Assembly (NCBI GenBank): GCA_030141605.1
Contig: JAQGDQ010000001.1
Location: forward strand, 806,001-870,000
Direction of reading: 5' to 3'
Source of the DNA: Tubiluchus corallicola
Taxonomy: Eukaryota > Animalia > Priapulida
Length of the DNA: 64,000 nucleotides
In this document: positions 1 to 14,559 of the stretch, piece by piece
Numbering within the stretch: the stretch's first letter is position 1
Layout of the letters: every line of letters begins with the position of its first letter
Notes under the pieces: model-generated
The model's input: the letters and a program-made list of their open reading frames with translations, nothing else
What the model was told of the DNA's origin: nothing
The model's database searches: none
Program-made: the position numbers and the translations under genes

Positions 1-1285
1 ATTTAAAGTGCATGATTAGTTTCGAGCAATACGGTCAGAGTATTATAACCATAATTATTGTTTGTTGCTAAACTAAACAAACCTGGTACAGTCTAGCAGC
101 ATTCATTAAGGTTATCAAAGGGAACAATGCATTGCTTATTACAGAAGCTAACACTAGAATGACTAGCGATCCAGTCCTTAATGGGTAATCTCAAGTGATC
201 CATATCTTCGGAAGTAAACAACTAAGCTAGCACAGGTGCAAATTACAAATGTCTACACTGACAGTGTCTTTGCTTTAAACTTTTTGCAATTAGGAATCTG
301 AACATTTATAAGATTCTATAAATGAGAATATGCCAGCACTGCCAGAATAAGCCATAATAAAGTCAGAACTGGCCCATAATGTCAATGTGTGTGGGGGAAC
401 TATAAACTTTAGTCAGTTTTTTTATTTTGGAAGGTGTCAAAAATTTCGGTGACGTAGTTGTAGATGTATTCAATCCCCGATTACATTTAGAGTGCCAGTA
501 GTAATGACACACTATAATAAACTACTGAGTTTGGTTTTATATAAGCGCTATGTAACAAACAAGTATAGTTTGCACAAATATATAAAAGTTGCTACACCAC
601 AAGCAGTTGCTCAGCCTGAATCAATATAAGAACAATGCCAATTCCATGTACCTAACAATAATCACGAAAGTACAAGGTAATAGTAATACAGCACAAACAA
701 TTGTAAACTGCATCTCAAGTATTAACAACTGCAACAGGCAAGGGCGGGACTAATCACTATTAGTCTAAGGCATCGTAATGTCTTAATGCTTCCCTGGTCA
801 TCAGACCAATATGGCAGCCAAAGTGTATAAAATAGCACTTTTTAAAACATTTTGTTAAATACAATCTGTAGTGTACCATGACAACCAGCATGGTTTCAGG
901 AAAGTTTTAGGCTATTGCCAATTATTCACTCACCCACCCTCACCAATATGGTATTAAAATGGCATCCAAAATAGCATGTTTTTGGATATTTTACTAAATT
1001 TAGTCATCCATCGCATACCGTATAATACAGACAGCATTTGTTAATTTGTTAATCAGGGTGTGGAACATGGAATTCAGAGTATCCCTGGTTCAAATCCAAA
1101 CACTATACAAAGTGACTTTAATTAGTAGTCTTGCAATATAACAATCCGGAAAATGGATGTATTGCTGTACGAACTGATAAGAAAAAATGGTATGTTGTAA
1201 TGCACGATGTCTCCTGCAACCCCAGTGTACAGCCAAAGGAATAACATCATTAAATTTGAAACCAAAAAAATCAACAGTTACACAC

Positions 1286-4200
1286 CTCTCTATTAATTAA
1301 GTGCAGTCGCTTAGCTCTGCTTCCAAGTACAAATGAAAACTCGCTGACTTGAGCTAGACCACCGGAAACTATCCATCGCAAGTGAGAAACTTTTCTTGGA
1401 ATCAGGCACATCAGCACCAAAATGCTTGCTATAAACTAAAAACAACATTAGGAACTTACAGTGCCTTTTGATATAAACATTCAAAAAGCCGCAGACTATA
1501 AAAGTAATAAATATTTAGCTTTATTCATGAACAGGCTTATCCATACGTTTCTCTGCAGAGTTCATAATAGAAATTGGTTTTCGTGGGTGGCACGTCCTCA
1601 GAAAATTTAAGAAGCTAACCACACTTTTGTATGTATAGACGGTTCGGGCAATAATTTGAAAAAATATGGTGCAAAGGTTTAGCAAAACACATAATGTGGA
1701 CAGCCGGTCGGGATCCTACGCAATATACGATTAAGTGTAGCAGGCGAAGCCAGTGGATCTCTTTTTTTAAGGAAATATATATTGTTTTTTCGTATATTTG
1801 CTAGTAAAGTGTATGACTACTCAAGCACAGTGAATAAGGCATGGAAATATGTACTTACTTTTATCATAATCACAGCAAATGTTAGCCAGACAACTATTGT
1901 GAGCTCATATGCAACAAATGATGGGAAAACATGCAGACCTGCAAACAAGTCGACAATCCACAGTCAGTATATCAATATTAAAGTGGCCCTGACATATTAG
2001 CATTTTAACCTACACATATTATAGCAAAGTGTATAAATACATAACGAGATTTGTTAAAAATTAGCAGTAGGCGATGAAAGAGGGCTTATTTATAAATATT
2101 GTAACCTGTAACAGTCTTGTGCAGGCTTAAATATGAGATATCAACATTTAGATAGGATTTAAGTCTACTATAGCATTCATGATAAAACTGTCAAATTACG
2201 AGTCAGTTTTACAAGTGCTAAACTGTCAAATTTAGAGTCAGGTTTACAAGTGCTTAACAGCATTTACTCACTCATTTAAAGCTGCAAACTATAAAAAAAT
2301 TAGTAGTGCTTGTCTACATAAGTATTATTTATGATCAATATAAGTTTGATGATAATGCATCTTTAGAGATAGCACTTAAGCATTCAAATAAACTTGCCAA
2401 CAGATGCAAAGAACAAAATGGAGAAGAAATCTCGAACAGGATGTATTAGAGATTTTATATCAGCCACTAAGTTGGTTCCCTGGCAACTAATCATCACACC
2501 AGCAAGGAAACAACCAAGCTCCATAGAAATGTGTAGTTTATCTGTTATCTAGAAATAAAATACTCAGCATTATTTGACTAACCTGAGAAAATAACAGAAC
2601 ATTAGCAAACCGAAAATAAAATTCATATGACAATAATGAAACAAGGTATTTTTAAATATTCAATGCTAATATTTGAAATCGGCAAATGAGAGATTGCGGC
2701 TGGCATTTTATCATTTTGGCAACAAGTGATCCACAAAAAAATCACCATCTATAATACTTTAGATAATAAAAATACCCTTTAACTCAGGTGCATAATTAGA
2801 CCTACGTTGCCCTATAGACTGTAATTCAATTTCAGGCAGACACTTTGCATGTAATCCCTATAATTATTATAAGTAAAAACTCATATTTTTCAAACACAAA
2901 GGACGGAGTACTAATGTACCTTCAAATTCTACAAAAAGATACTGACAGACATAATTTTAACTTTCTAACTGCAATATCACATTACTATTGTTTACCAGTA
3001 TGCAAATTTAGCTGCAAAACAAAGTTGCAGTAAAGTGATATGTAGTTAAATTTAGTGCTAATGTAGTACTGGCTGTGTGCAAGTAAAGACTTCCACTGTG
3101 ACATGAAGTCAGTAATCATAAATATTCACAGTCCATCTGAAACTGGGAGTCAACAAAGCAGGTGCCCCTGTGTACCAAAATTGAAATGTTCTACCAAGAA
3201 TATTACAGTTTCAGCAAACCTAATTAGTTCAGGAATAAATTTATTAGTATATTAAGTTAGGCAAACTAGAGCAAGTTTTGAAACGTAAAATACAAAGTAA
3301 CAAATATGAAAACTTACCAGCAATGACAGAAATGATAAACCAATTGTTCCAACAGTCATCATTTCTTTGCTGTGTAGGTTATTAAGAGCTGTGAAGAAAT
3401 TTCCTATCACAAATTTGCCTATAATAGCTGCTAATATTGTTACTAATGCAACAGCTGTAATGCAAGCAAAAACAAAAAAATAATATTTTGTTCTGTCAAA
3501 TGCAAACGCAAACAATTATCATCAAACCACCAATTTTAGACATTTATGCAATACATTGAAACCTAGATTCTACACCCATGGCTTGCGACAACGGACTTAA
3601 AACTAGCTGCAGGAAATCAGGTACTCCCATTTTGTCTTTCTGCATTTTGCCTCCATCTGTCTTCTGTTATCTGTTTCTTTATTCCTTGCCTCGCACAATA
3701 TTGCAAGCCATCATATAGTATTAATGTAGCCCTCTGACATCACCTTTCAACAAATCTTTGGAAACAGATTAATATCTATTTTGAACACTGGTTTGTCTTG
3801 TGTTTAGTTGCACAAGCATTTCTCCTCTTGCTATTTCCTGTACCATATCTTAGACAAGTTAAGGGCAGCTTAACATGGATGAGTCATGGATAAGTTACAT
3901 CCACAACATAAACTTCACAATGCTGCGAGTCCACTCTATAGCTTTTGATGCCATGCCAAATAAGCATTTTTTGGTTGGTGCACAATATTGATTTTTGTTC
4001 TTCTCATTCCTTTACTAACGTTATTTTATTTAAATTAAAACACATTAAGTATTATTAATGACGCAATAGAAGTGTCCAGGTCAAGCCAGATTAATAATAT
4101 AAATATACAAAAGACACGTTCGATATGGTCTGGCTTTATCACTTGAAAACACTGTCTTTGTAGTGTTATAAATGGCAGTTTTCTTTCACATATCCTTCTA

Positions 4201-7200
4201 TCTTTTTAACTTGCTACTTATATTGATAACACCACTGCACATTTACTAATCAGACGAGTACATCACATATGTTTGAAATCATACTAAATTGGTAAATTTA
4301 AATTGGTGCTAAAGTTGACTTCGCACATTAAATGCAAAAACGAAGTTTATATCCGCTTATCATCATTGCAATTTACCACTCTAGTCATTATGCATATGGA
4401 TATTTCGTCTTTTTCTGATTATTATTTTGTTTGTATATTTGCTCTTGACTTGTGTTATAATCCTAAGACACACAAACATCTTAAAACAATATCAAACATC
4501 ATTTTACAATTTATATTTTTAATATCTAGCTTCGCTTTTACAAGTCAATGATATTGGTCCTAGAATCTGTAATTTTAACAGATTATGAGACCGTATTGTT
4601 AATCTAATAATGCCTGATTTGGTATCAACCCTGCAACCTTTTGGTCAACAAATGGGTCAGTCATCTCTTTTACCGCTACATCTGTGGAAGTGCTTGCAGG
4701 ATATTGCTTCCTTTATTGCTTCTTAACCTCATATGGTTAAGCTTCCTATAAGTGCAAGATGACTGCCTACACTTTTTTCTTTTGGGCTTCTTATCTGTGG
4801 CATTTTCTACTGGAATACTGCTTCCCTGCTGATTACAAATTAACAGTTTCAACACAAGGATCAGCAAGAACCCTAACCTTCAAATTAGTATAGGAGTACA
4901 GGAAATTTTGTTTTCTAGTCCAGCAAATCACATTATTACATTCTAACAGTTACCTTGAATGCCACCTGTATTGTTTGAAGTAATTTGCACAAGATAATGT
5001 ATCATGCGTATTTGTCATTTAAACACTTTAAATTTTACTTAGCGGCTAATATAATGGCAGATGAATGTTAATAGCCCAGAAAGTAGGTGTTGATGCTTAT
5101 CCCATCCATTTATGTAATTTGGCTATAAATGTGTAGTAAATAGGTAGGAAAAAGCAATTATCAGCAACTGAATTTCGACCTTTTAATTTATAAGAATTAC
5201 AATATACAGGAAATAGGCAATAGCAATTTGCTGGCAGCAACAATAACAAAAAGGTTTGCTTAGTTGTTAGTTAGAATACCTCCCAGTAACCGCGTGATGA
5301 GTAGAACATAGGCTAACACTCGTTTCTCAACGGCAGTTTCTACTGATACTCCAATTGATAAGGAAGGAAGAATTGCTATAAGTAGTCCTAACATAATGTC
5401 CTGCATGATGAGGATCCCCAACAGTGTTGTGCCATAATCCAGTTCACTTATTTCTGAATAAAAATAAGTTGCAGAGAAAAAACAACAGTTTACAATCGAA
5501 GTAAAACATAAGTTATATGCAAATATAAGCAAATCAAATAAGTACTTGAGTACAAAAAATCATAAATGTTTTACACCGCAACTTCATAAAAGCACTGGAA
5601 TTTACAAAAAGTTGGAAGAATGTTAACAACAGTCAGGATACATACATGCTATGACAGCAAACACATGAATGATCCAGTCAGATAATAAAAAACAAAACAT
5701 AATAAAATGCTTTCTGAGAACATAACTAGGGCCTCTCTTTATCATAAAATGTAAGCAAACATTGGAGTCTGTGCCTGTTGTTTAGCTACAAAAATCTAGT
5801 CATAGAATGTGAAACAAAAGTGAAATGTCATGGACTCAGGTTATCTTATTCTGATTTTTGTTAGAAAAGCACCACTCATTATAGGGCGTACGTATAGACT
5901 GTAGGCAAACTGAATGCTTTTAATCAAAGGTCAATATGCAGAAAAGAAAAAAATGCTTTACTACCAACCTCTTGGTTCTTTATTTATCCTACTGGGAAGA
6001 CCTAAACATAAAAATGGTTTCAAATTTTAAGAAAAACACTACAAACTGACAAGGCAGTTCGAAAAATAACAAAATAAGCAGTTCCATCATTACATATAAA
6101 AACAAACAAAGAAAAAAGTGTAACAAAACCATAAATATGCAAGTAGTCCTATAAGTTTAATTTAACTAAAAAGATGGTACCACACCTGGTGAACCCACTT
6201 CATGGGCATCTAAGAATTTTACAACAAGTGGTGTGCTGGACAGAGCAAGGCAAGCAGCAACAAAAGCTGAAACGTTCACTGAAATACCAGCTAAGAATCC
6301 GAACAATATCCCAACAATGATGATGATCACCATCATAGAAACACTTCCAAGCACAGATACTCTCCATGTCTATAACAATTAACAAGAAATGTTAATGCTT
6401 TCTCATTTTGCATTTTGCTTAAGCAAATGTATTTGACAGTCTCGATTTTCATTAGAAAGTTGGGGAATATCTACATGCTGGCGCTGTCAAAGACACAATT
6501 TTCTGAACCAAATATATGAAACTGTACTGTAACATGTGGGAAAAAATGAAAGGAAATGTAAAAATATTTCAGCTGTACCAAAACAACATTTCCAGCTCTG
6601 TTCAGGTTAAGCAATTTTTAAGGTTACAGAAGTTTTTTAACTATGAGACATGTGTTGTAACATATTTTTAATAGCCATATTTCATTTAACTATAATACGT
6701 TCTAGTATATTGGAATGACACCATTGCCAATTAACTGAAAATGACTGACTGGCATGCTGTCACATTGGTTGTCTCAGTGCACATTTTACATTCATTTGTT
6801 TGTCAATTGGATGTATTTTAAGAGCAATAAAGAATTTAACTATCTAACTAAAATCTTAGCTATGTGAGACTTATTTTGTAACTTCTCAGTGTCTAATTTG
6901 AAATGAGTCACGTTTACTTACCAGTGAGAAACTGCTAATAATATATAGTAAGCTTAGCTTGACAGCCCTGTATAAAGTATTATGCAATTTTACAATGATG
7001 TAGTTACTATCTGCTTCTGTGCTATATGATTATATAATATAGTTCTTATGCTAGCAGAACATAGGACAAGCTTTTTGTGGTAACACAGAATAGTAATTAC
7101 TGAATTAAAAAAACTTAGGCCTACATGTTGGAAACTATTACCTTTTTTAATTTCTCCGGAGAAAACTCTAAACCAACACTGAATAGAATGAAAAATACTG

Positions 7201-10200
7201 CAAACTCCCCTAGGCTTTCCAGTTGTACTAGTGACTGTAATAAAAATTTCAAATGCAGCTTAAAAATCTTAGAAAGTCATCAATTTCTGGTAATTTTTCT
7301 AACCAGAAATCTTAAGAAATTGACCAGCAAATTTTCAATAAGTCTCAATAGTAAACTCAAAAAAGTGAAATGTAACAGAATTTTGCAATTAAAATTTTTT
7401 GTAGTAATGATATAATTGAGTGCTAGAGTACCACTTGCAGTTTACCAAATTATATCAGGCTGGGCAAAAAATGTGCCGAAGTATGATCACGATATTAAAA
7501 GAAGAAAATAGCATAATTGACTGAAAATTATCTCACCGATGTTACAGACACTTTTGTATAAACACCAAAAAGTTTAGGTCCTTCTCTAAGATACAGATGT
7601 TTTGAATCAACAAGTCAAAAAAATGTCAGAAAAAAATTTGTATGTCACTATTACTAAAATTTACAGTAAGTGCACTATGTGTCCACCATTTTCAATACAA
7701 ACCATATGAAGACATTTCTTCTAACAGCCAATGCACAATTTTTTGCTCTTTAAGCAGTATTTGGTTGAAGCACTAAAAAAATCGTGAATTTAATTCGTCT
7801 GCATCAAATGGCTCTGTGCAGCTGGCATACGTTTTCTCTTTAACGGAATATCAGCAACCGTTATCTAGTGGATTAAGTCCCACCTTTTTCATTACAACAA
7901 AATATCACACTATTTTCTGTAATGAAGACTGCGCTATAAACGGGCTAATTTCTTTTTTGTTTTGTTGTCATGTATTGAGCTCTTTATATGTTAACATCGC
8001 CGTTTTTCAACTGATGGTTAGCGGACATTGTTCCGGCACTTAAGTACTTAACATGCAAAAGTTTTTCAGTTGTAACTTAAAAACTGAAAAATTATGAACT
8101 TGTAACATGCACAGCCAAACACCAGTATATTGTAATAACACACTGTGAAATTTCAACTTTGTAGGGTACTTGCTTCTAATATTTCTGTAGACTTAAACTT
8201 TGGCACATTTTTCTGTGGCACTCGGCATAAAGAACACTCTGACCTATTTTTATACCAGAATAAAATAATGCGAGTACTTGCTTTCTTACACCTTTTAAAC
8301 AAGCTTAATAAAGCTTAATTTGCAAAAAAGGAAGAAACTAGGAAGCAACATACTGTTAGATAGTTTATCCCAGATGGACCGAGAATAATGCCAGATAAGA
8401 TGTAACCAAACATGGCTGGTAACTGGATGATAACACATAACCAACTGCATATCATTGCTGTGATGACAACTACATTTATATCCTATAAAAACAGCAGTAC
8501 AATTTCATATTTTGAGGTCAAGTTTTTATAAAAAAAATCCAATGTAAAAGCTTATAACTTTTTTTGCACACTCTCTTTGTTTGCCTCAAATAGTATAAGT
8601 GAACACTGGCGCTGTGCCGAATGCTGAGATCAGGTAATTTTAATGGATTAGGATATGATCCAGAATTGTTTGCCAGTTTATTAAAATATTTAGATATTTT
8701 ACGAAAGTATAGCTTAGTTTTTATGTCTGGCATGCTTGTAGTGTAAGCGCTATAGCAATACTAGTGATCTTCATGCTGTGGTTGTGCGCAAGTAGTGCGC
8801 AAAGCTAGGTTTTTAATGCAAATCCAACAAAGAGAAATTAAGCATTATGCAGTATATGTAATAAAGAATTGAAGCGTGGATCAAGTGTTCAAAATTACAT
8901 CAACTTTAAAGAAACATTTGTAGCTTTGTGACTCAAAATTAGCCAGTGACACCGAAAATGTATAGCCAAGGCCGCCACATAAACAAAGGGTTAAACAAAT
9001 TAAATATCGTTTCTATTAATTTGTAGGCAAAACTGGATTCAGTCCATCCTTAGTGAAAATTCCATCACACATATTTCCATACAATTTCAATAACAAAAAA
9101 GCAGAAATAAGGATGTCACATTTTATGTAACATGTACTAGAATTTTGTTAAGAATTTTATTTCAACAGTAAGATGCGTACTACTTTTACTACCATTTCTG
9201 CAATGTTGGCTGCATTGCTAAAGCATGCACTTCAATAATTTGCAATAATAATAAAAAGATGCGACGTAAACTTGTTCACGTTCATTTTTTGAATCAAATG
9301 CTCAGTAGGACATCTCCCTAATGAACTAGTTTGTTCTAAATCATTAATCCATGGGTGGTAAGGATTCTAAGAGAATGCAATTTTTTGCATCCAGGGTAGG
9401 CAACAAGTTACACATCAGTAAACCACACCAGGCTAGGCCTTGCCAAATGATAAATATAGTCATAGGGATTTGGACTTGAATTTACTCTACCTCTGTCTCT
9501 ACACTAGTAATTAAATATTCCTATTACCTAAAAAGCATAGTCACAATTAAAGTTACCATAATTAAATAATGATCCTCATGTGGCACTGTTGTATCCTTAC
9601 CACGTGATAATACAAACATATTGTTCTCCGCATCTACCAGCTGAACCACATCTGCATCATTTTCTGATTGGTTGATTTTCCCATGGGGGTCACCATTTTC
9701 TATTTTAATAACTGCTTCTATATTATCTCCCTGAAAGCACCATGAAATTGTAAATTTTTGCAAATGCTTCATTAACCTACAAATAGTGCCCTAGCTTGTG
9801 TAACACTGAGATGTTAAAAATTTTATTAGGGATAAGTTTTTGATGCGAATCTTGTGTAATACACCCATAATTCCATATATAATTTGTATGAACTTGCATT
9901 ACTGCATTCAGCTTGTGAAAATTGGTAATGCTCTAACAAGTACAAAAAACTTCATTGAGACATTTCATGATAAGATAAATCAGTTGTAAAATGAGTTACT
10001 GAGTTTGGAATAAAAAAGTTTCAAATGTTATAAAGTCATTACCATACAGAATGTGAAAATTGCTACTACCTGCTTCGACAGCTTTGCATAGCTATCAAAT
10101 GCATGACTATCAAGTTCCGACTCAAGCTTGTCTGCTCCTTCCTCAATATCAGCTAAAATCTCACTAATGATACCAACAACCTTGCTATGATTCCTATGTT

Positions 10201-13200
10201 TCTGAAAAAATACTAGCATGTTAAGTATTTATTTATTATTGTTTTATTTTGTAATACCTTAATAATTCATTCTTCTTTCTTGATACTGGAAATAATTTCT
10301 AAAACTGCCTAAAAACAACACAGATAATTATAAATACAGTGACAATATCAACTGTGTTTTGTAACACTTCTTGTCTAAATTATACTCTCGAATATTCGTC
10401 TGCAGATGAACTGTGCTGCAGACTTCACATTGAAATGCGCTGCAAGGGTTCCATGTAAAGAAAAATCACACTATTTACTGCAGTTTTAATATTTGATGTA
10501 ACATCAATGTAATAGGAAAATTAGAAGCTTTAACTGTTATTCTTTAAATATTATTTCCATTTAGTATTGAATCAGTTTAATAGCTTAAAACAGGGGTGTG
10601 CAAACTGCAGCCCGCGAAGAGGTTTGTAAACGCAATGAAAGTGCAGCCCATGGGATCCAGCTGAAGTCCGCGCCACTATCGCAAAGATAGTGCGGGTAGT
10701 TTTTTCCTCTAGATCGGATGACATTAACCCTTACAAGACCGTTGTCACTTAATGTCACTGTCGGACATGACGAAATTTAACATTGCTCACTTGGAACACA
10801 AAAAACGATGTAATCACAGAACACGGCAAACTATCACGGAAGCCGCCATTCAAGCGCTCAAATGTGCAAGAAATGTGAGAAGCAATCTGACTGGCTGGTA
10901 GGAAGACCAATCTCTATTCTTCTATTATCGGGCCTGTTGATCTGTGCAGTCGTCTTCTTGGTCATAGCAGGTAGAACATTTTGACTTGAGTATTTTACAA
11001 AAGAAATCATAAATAAAATTATAAAATAACAAAGTCAAAATGATCTATCTACTATGAACAAGAAGATGACTGGGCAGACAAATTTGTAAGTAGCTAGCAA
11101 GCTGAAAAAGTGTGGTCACCCCTGATATAAGGGGATTTTAGTTTCAACTTAGGTTCAGTAGTACATGGCTCAAGCAGTGGCTATTTCATCGTTTCATCAG
11201 ATGTAGTATTCTTATGATCAGAATCATGGGTAAGAAAAAGAGGAAGATTGAAGAAGAACAGCGAGTAATTAATACAGATAGATTAATAAAGACAGATTAA
11301 TATGCACTGTACTACACAGACTGTGTGATACACATTACTAATATGCATTGTAATGAAATTACCACTATCTGTCATGAAAGTAGAAATACAAGGTTTTTAA
11401 TATAAATTTTAATAACTTCTAAAATAGTTTCTTGAGTGTAGTAGTACAGTAGTAATGATGTGCGCAAATCGGCTGCAAAAAAAATCATTATTAGGTCCTA
11501 CTGTGCTTGGCTCCTTGACCAAACTGCATGTGGCCCGCAGGAATTGCAGGAATGTTTAATGTGGACCGGCTAGTCAGATAATTTGCACACCCCTGGCTTA
11601 AAGCCTCAGATAAAAAATGATAGCTAAGTTATAAGCAAATTTCCCACGTGGTACTTCTTTATGTTTTTAGGACACAGTAGTCCAAAATTCAGACCAAAGC
11701 ATCATATTCTTCTCATCACAGCACTTCGTGTTCTTTGTTAAGTTTGTACATAACAAGTGGTACGGGATATTAAATTAACTGGGGATGGTGCCACTAAAGT
11801 AGTAAAACAATGAGACAGAAAATAATAAACCTCTTCAGCTTCAAATTTTTTCTCGATTTCTATAATTCGCCTGTATTCCTGTTCCTCCTTAAATATCGCA
11901 TCTTTAAGTGCATCAAGTCGTAGCTTTGCACTATCCTGCAATGTAAAGATAAATTACTGTCGAACAAAGTAATTTGTAATGCAAAGAACATTTAACCCAA
12001 ATAATAATCTATAATAACTAAAAAGTTCTTAACATTAAAAAGTCAAGAGCAAGTCATTATAGTACACCTACAAAAATCGGGTACGTTTAAAGTATGTTCA
12101 AAGAGTGGTGGACTTATAGAAATTTATTAAAGATGTACCTTGGTATATAAGATATCTTTATAATCTCCTTGCAAAGCTGTATTTAGAAAGTGAAGAGTGT
12201 TAACAATCATGAACTCGCTATCATTTAATTCCCGTTTGAACAATTCCAAGGCTGAGATCTGAAAGACAAGTAATGTATGTTTACGAACATAATCTCAAAA
12301 TATAAAAAAACTGGTAATATATATACAGTTCAACTGAGCAAATTTTTAGCACATTTTTGTTCAAGATACTAATAATGATTCCACTTAAAAATATGAAAAG
12401 TAAAAAATTTAGTAATATTAAGGGAAAATTAACATTATAAATTTATTAAATACTTCAGCTATCAGAATGCATACGGTTATTGTCATTCTATAAGATTTAG
12501 TTCTGTGATACATCTGCAATCTGTTACCAAAGTATGTCTGCAAGAGTGAGAATTTGCAATTTGAGAGACTAAATGAAACAGAATTTGCAATTTTATAAAA
12601 TACATACAAATTAATGCAATCTGTCCGTAGATTCTGTGAGACTGTGATTTTACAAAATGCAGACGAATTCAAGTTTTCAATTCATTGTTGTATTAAATTA
12701 GTATTACTTTCTATTGCTATACAAATTTTTCCATATAGGTTAAATCCATTCGAAAAGCTTTGGCAATAAACTGGTAGTATATGGCAGCAGAGTGGTGCTC
12801 TTAAGCAAATCAAAAGTCTGAAGAGCTTTCCCAGTAAGTCCCAACAATGTCCTGACCACCAAAAATTTCCTATTTTTTATGCAGTTTTATTGGGTTTGGA
12901 TTAAGTGGCCAATAGTTTATCGAATTTCAGTACAAGTTTTCATAAAATCGTAGCAAATTGATATCTGTTTTCTATGCAATAAAATATGGAAGACATTATA
13001 ATATTATGCTAAAAACACACCAGGCAATTAGTAAACATGCACATGTGAATTTAATTGCATATGCTTCATCTTTTTTACTATTTTTACCTGATATTGTTTA
13101 GCAATTCTATGCAGCTTTCTGTTCTTTTGTAAGGTAGTAATATGTTTTTGTATGCGATTCAGGGCAACACGTTTCTTCTTTATCACTGTTGAGAAAAACT

Positions 13201-14333
13201 TGCCAGCTGCAACAGGGTCAATAACTTGAAGAACAGAACTTGTATTGACTTGCTTAGAAAACACATGGACTTTATCACCTGTGGTATAACAAAGCAACAA
13301 TGCAGCACCAAAGTTAAAACTAAAACTGAACTATGACATTTTATCAAGTTTTTATTCCTGGCCTACTATCAACTTTGCATGGTCACGTGAATACCAGCAA
13401 TACAGCGTAATTACACACCTTCTCATTGTACTTTTGGTTGTTACGTCATATTGTCTACATCATATATTGCTTACTTAGCTGCATTGTTATATCAAAACAG
13501 TACTGAAAGTATTTTTAATGTTAAACTCAAATCACAGTTTTGTCCAGGACCACTTCAATCCACTAGGCGATATACAAAAAATTTTAGTACTAACGTACAG
13601 CATGCTAAAGTTTAAGCACAACATCACTGGCATTTCGTGGCATGCTGGTTTGTTATTGCAGCATGGTCAAATTTACTCTTTTCTGATTTATCCTGCTTTT
13701 TAAATATTGGCTGTCAGGTTGCCCAGCTTTCCTAGTGTTACTCAAACTTTCACAACCAAAAATCAATGAAATGTAGTTATAAGGCTGTGTAATTGTAGCT
13801 TTGTAGAGCACCTGCTTCTAAAGTTATTGTAGTCTAAACTTCGACACAATTTTTCTGTGTCCCTGCGATGTACATACATATGTCGGAGCAAAGGTTAAGC
13901 AGCAAAACAGCAAAATATTTTAAACCTTCAAACAGTGTAAAATAGATTGCTGAAGTTTTGTTGGTAGATTATTATTTTTGATCTACATTGCTCAAAATGA
14001 ATACATTCTGGGGGGGGGGGATCAGTTAGTATAGAAATGACTCAATTAGAGCTAATTTAGAGGTTAAAAGCACTTGGAAAAATATTATAAATTTTCACAT
14101 TTAAAACAGTGTAGAATGATAGTAGATTAAATAAATGGTTTGTTTTTAATGTACCATGAATCAAATAAAAACGATCAGTGTTTATAGTGTTAGAGTTTTG
14201 AGCATGTTATAATCAAATGGTTGCTGTAAGATGCAACGAAAGTTAATGACGTACCTATTACTTTAGATTCACATGTGTATACTGCACACAACAAGAGCAA
14301 AGTTGTTAAGCAAAACAATAGTAAACTCTTCAT
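1286..14333 (-). CDS. TMCO3: Transmembrane and coiled-coil domain protein 3 (CPA2/KefC-like K+/H+ antiporter); 15 coding exons, 3' end outside the window
   Basis: Phase-consistent exons (minus): 14333-14255 (signal peptide [21 protein letters not shown]), 13278-13088, 12258-12139 (ALQGDYKD), 11935-11831, 10201-10070, 9730-9557, 8482-8354 ([14 protein letters not shown]), 7234-7142 ([22 protein letters not shown]), 6369-6186 ([13 protein letters not shown]), 6001-5969, 5453-5280 (LLGILIMQD), 3454-3318, 2548-2398 ([10 protein letters not shown]...PVRDFF), 1938-1859 ([13 protein letters not shown]), 1435-1286 ([16 protein letters not shown]). Total 1932 nt = 644 codons, open. Motifs match vertebrate TMCO3 from memory. 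The final TM exon was not found in 1-1285. Confidence 0.93.
7456..8225 (-). mobile_element. Internally deleted Tc1/mariner element in a TMCO3 intron
   Basis: Imperfect TIRs (aaaaatgtgccgaag / ctttggcacatttt). Minus-strand remnants include LNPLD...KEK.Y and C-terminal [12 protein letters not shown]. It is colinear with 48955-49702. Confidence 0.7.
10591..11595. mobile_element. hAT (Charlie-like) non-autonomous element
   Basis: TIR CAGGGGTGTGCAAA ... TTTGCACACCCCTG, with 8-bp flanks gcttaaaa / gcttaaag (7/8 match) and subterminal GGCCCGC-like motifs. Confidence 0.8.
13500..13872 (-). mobile_element. Partial third copy of the Tc1/mariner family
   Basis: gcacctgcttcta..ttattg.agtctaaacttcg.caca.ttttt at ~13808-13860 matches the right end of 49647-49700. 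Confidence 0.5.
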
Positions 14334-14559
14334 GTCGTCCTGTAAGTAAATAATTGTCATTACCTATATTCAGAAATAAAGCGTTTAATTACTGCTAGCT
14401 AAACATGGATTCTAGTATCACCAAAGAAACCCAGAGAATTTATAGAATGGTTTCACATTAAAGCTTAATAGTTTGCTTTGTACTCATATCAAAATCATCA
14501 CAAGTGTGCTCAGCTGTCCAAAAACCTTTAGCTAATCTGCATTCTCCAAGATGAATTTA

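Noticed and set aside
1050-1100. GGTTCAAATCC B-box-like sequence
   Set aside because: No cloverleaf; at most a decayed SINE head, not a tRNA gene.
1-1285. Final TMCO3 exon (VYLLILSVTT-like)
   Set aside because: No matching segment found by eye; presumed to lie left of the window.
2185-2255. 35-bp tandem duplication in a TMCO3 intron
   Set aside because: Ordinary slippage duplication with no functional hint.
4676-4867. Basic 63-aa ORF on the TMCO3 strand
   Set aside because: Exons 5453-5280 and 3454-3318 join in phase without it, and it shows no TMCO3 similarity.
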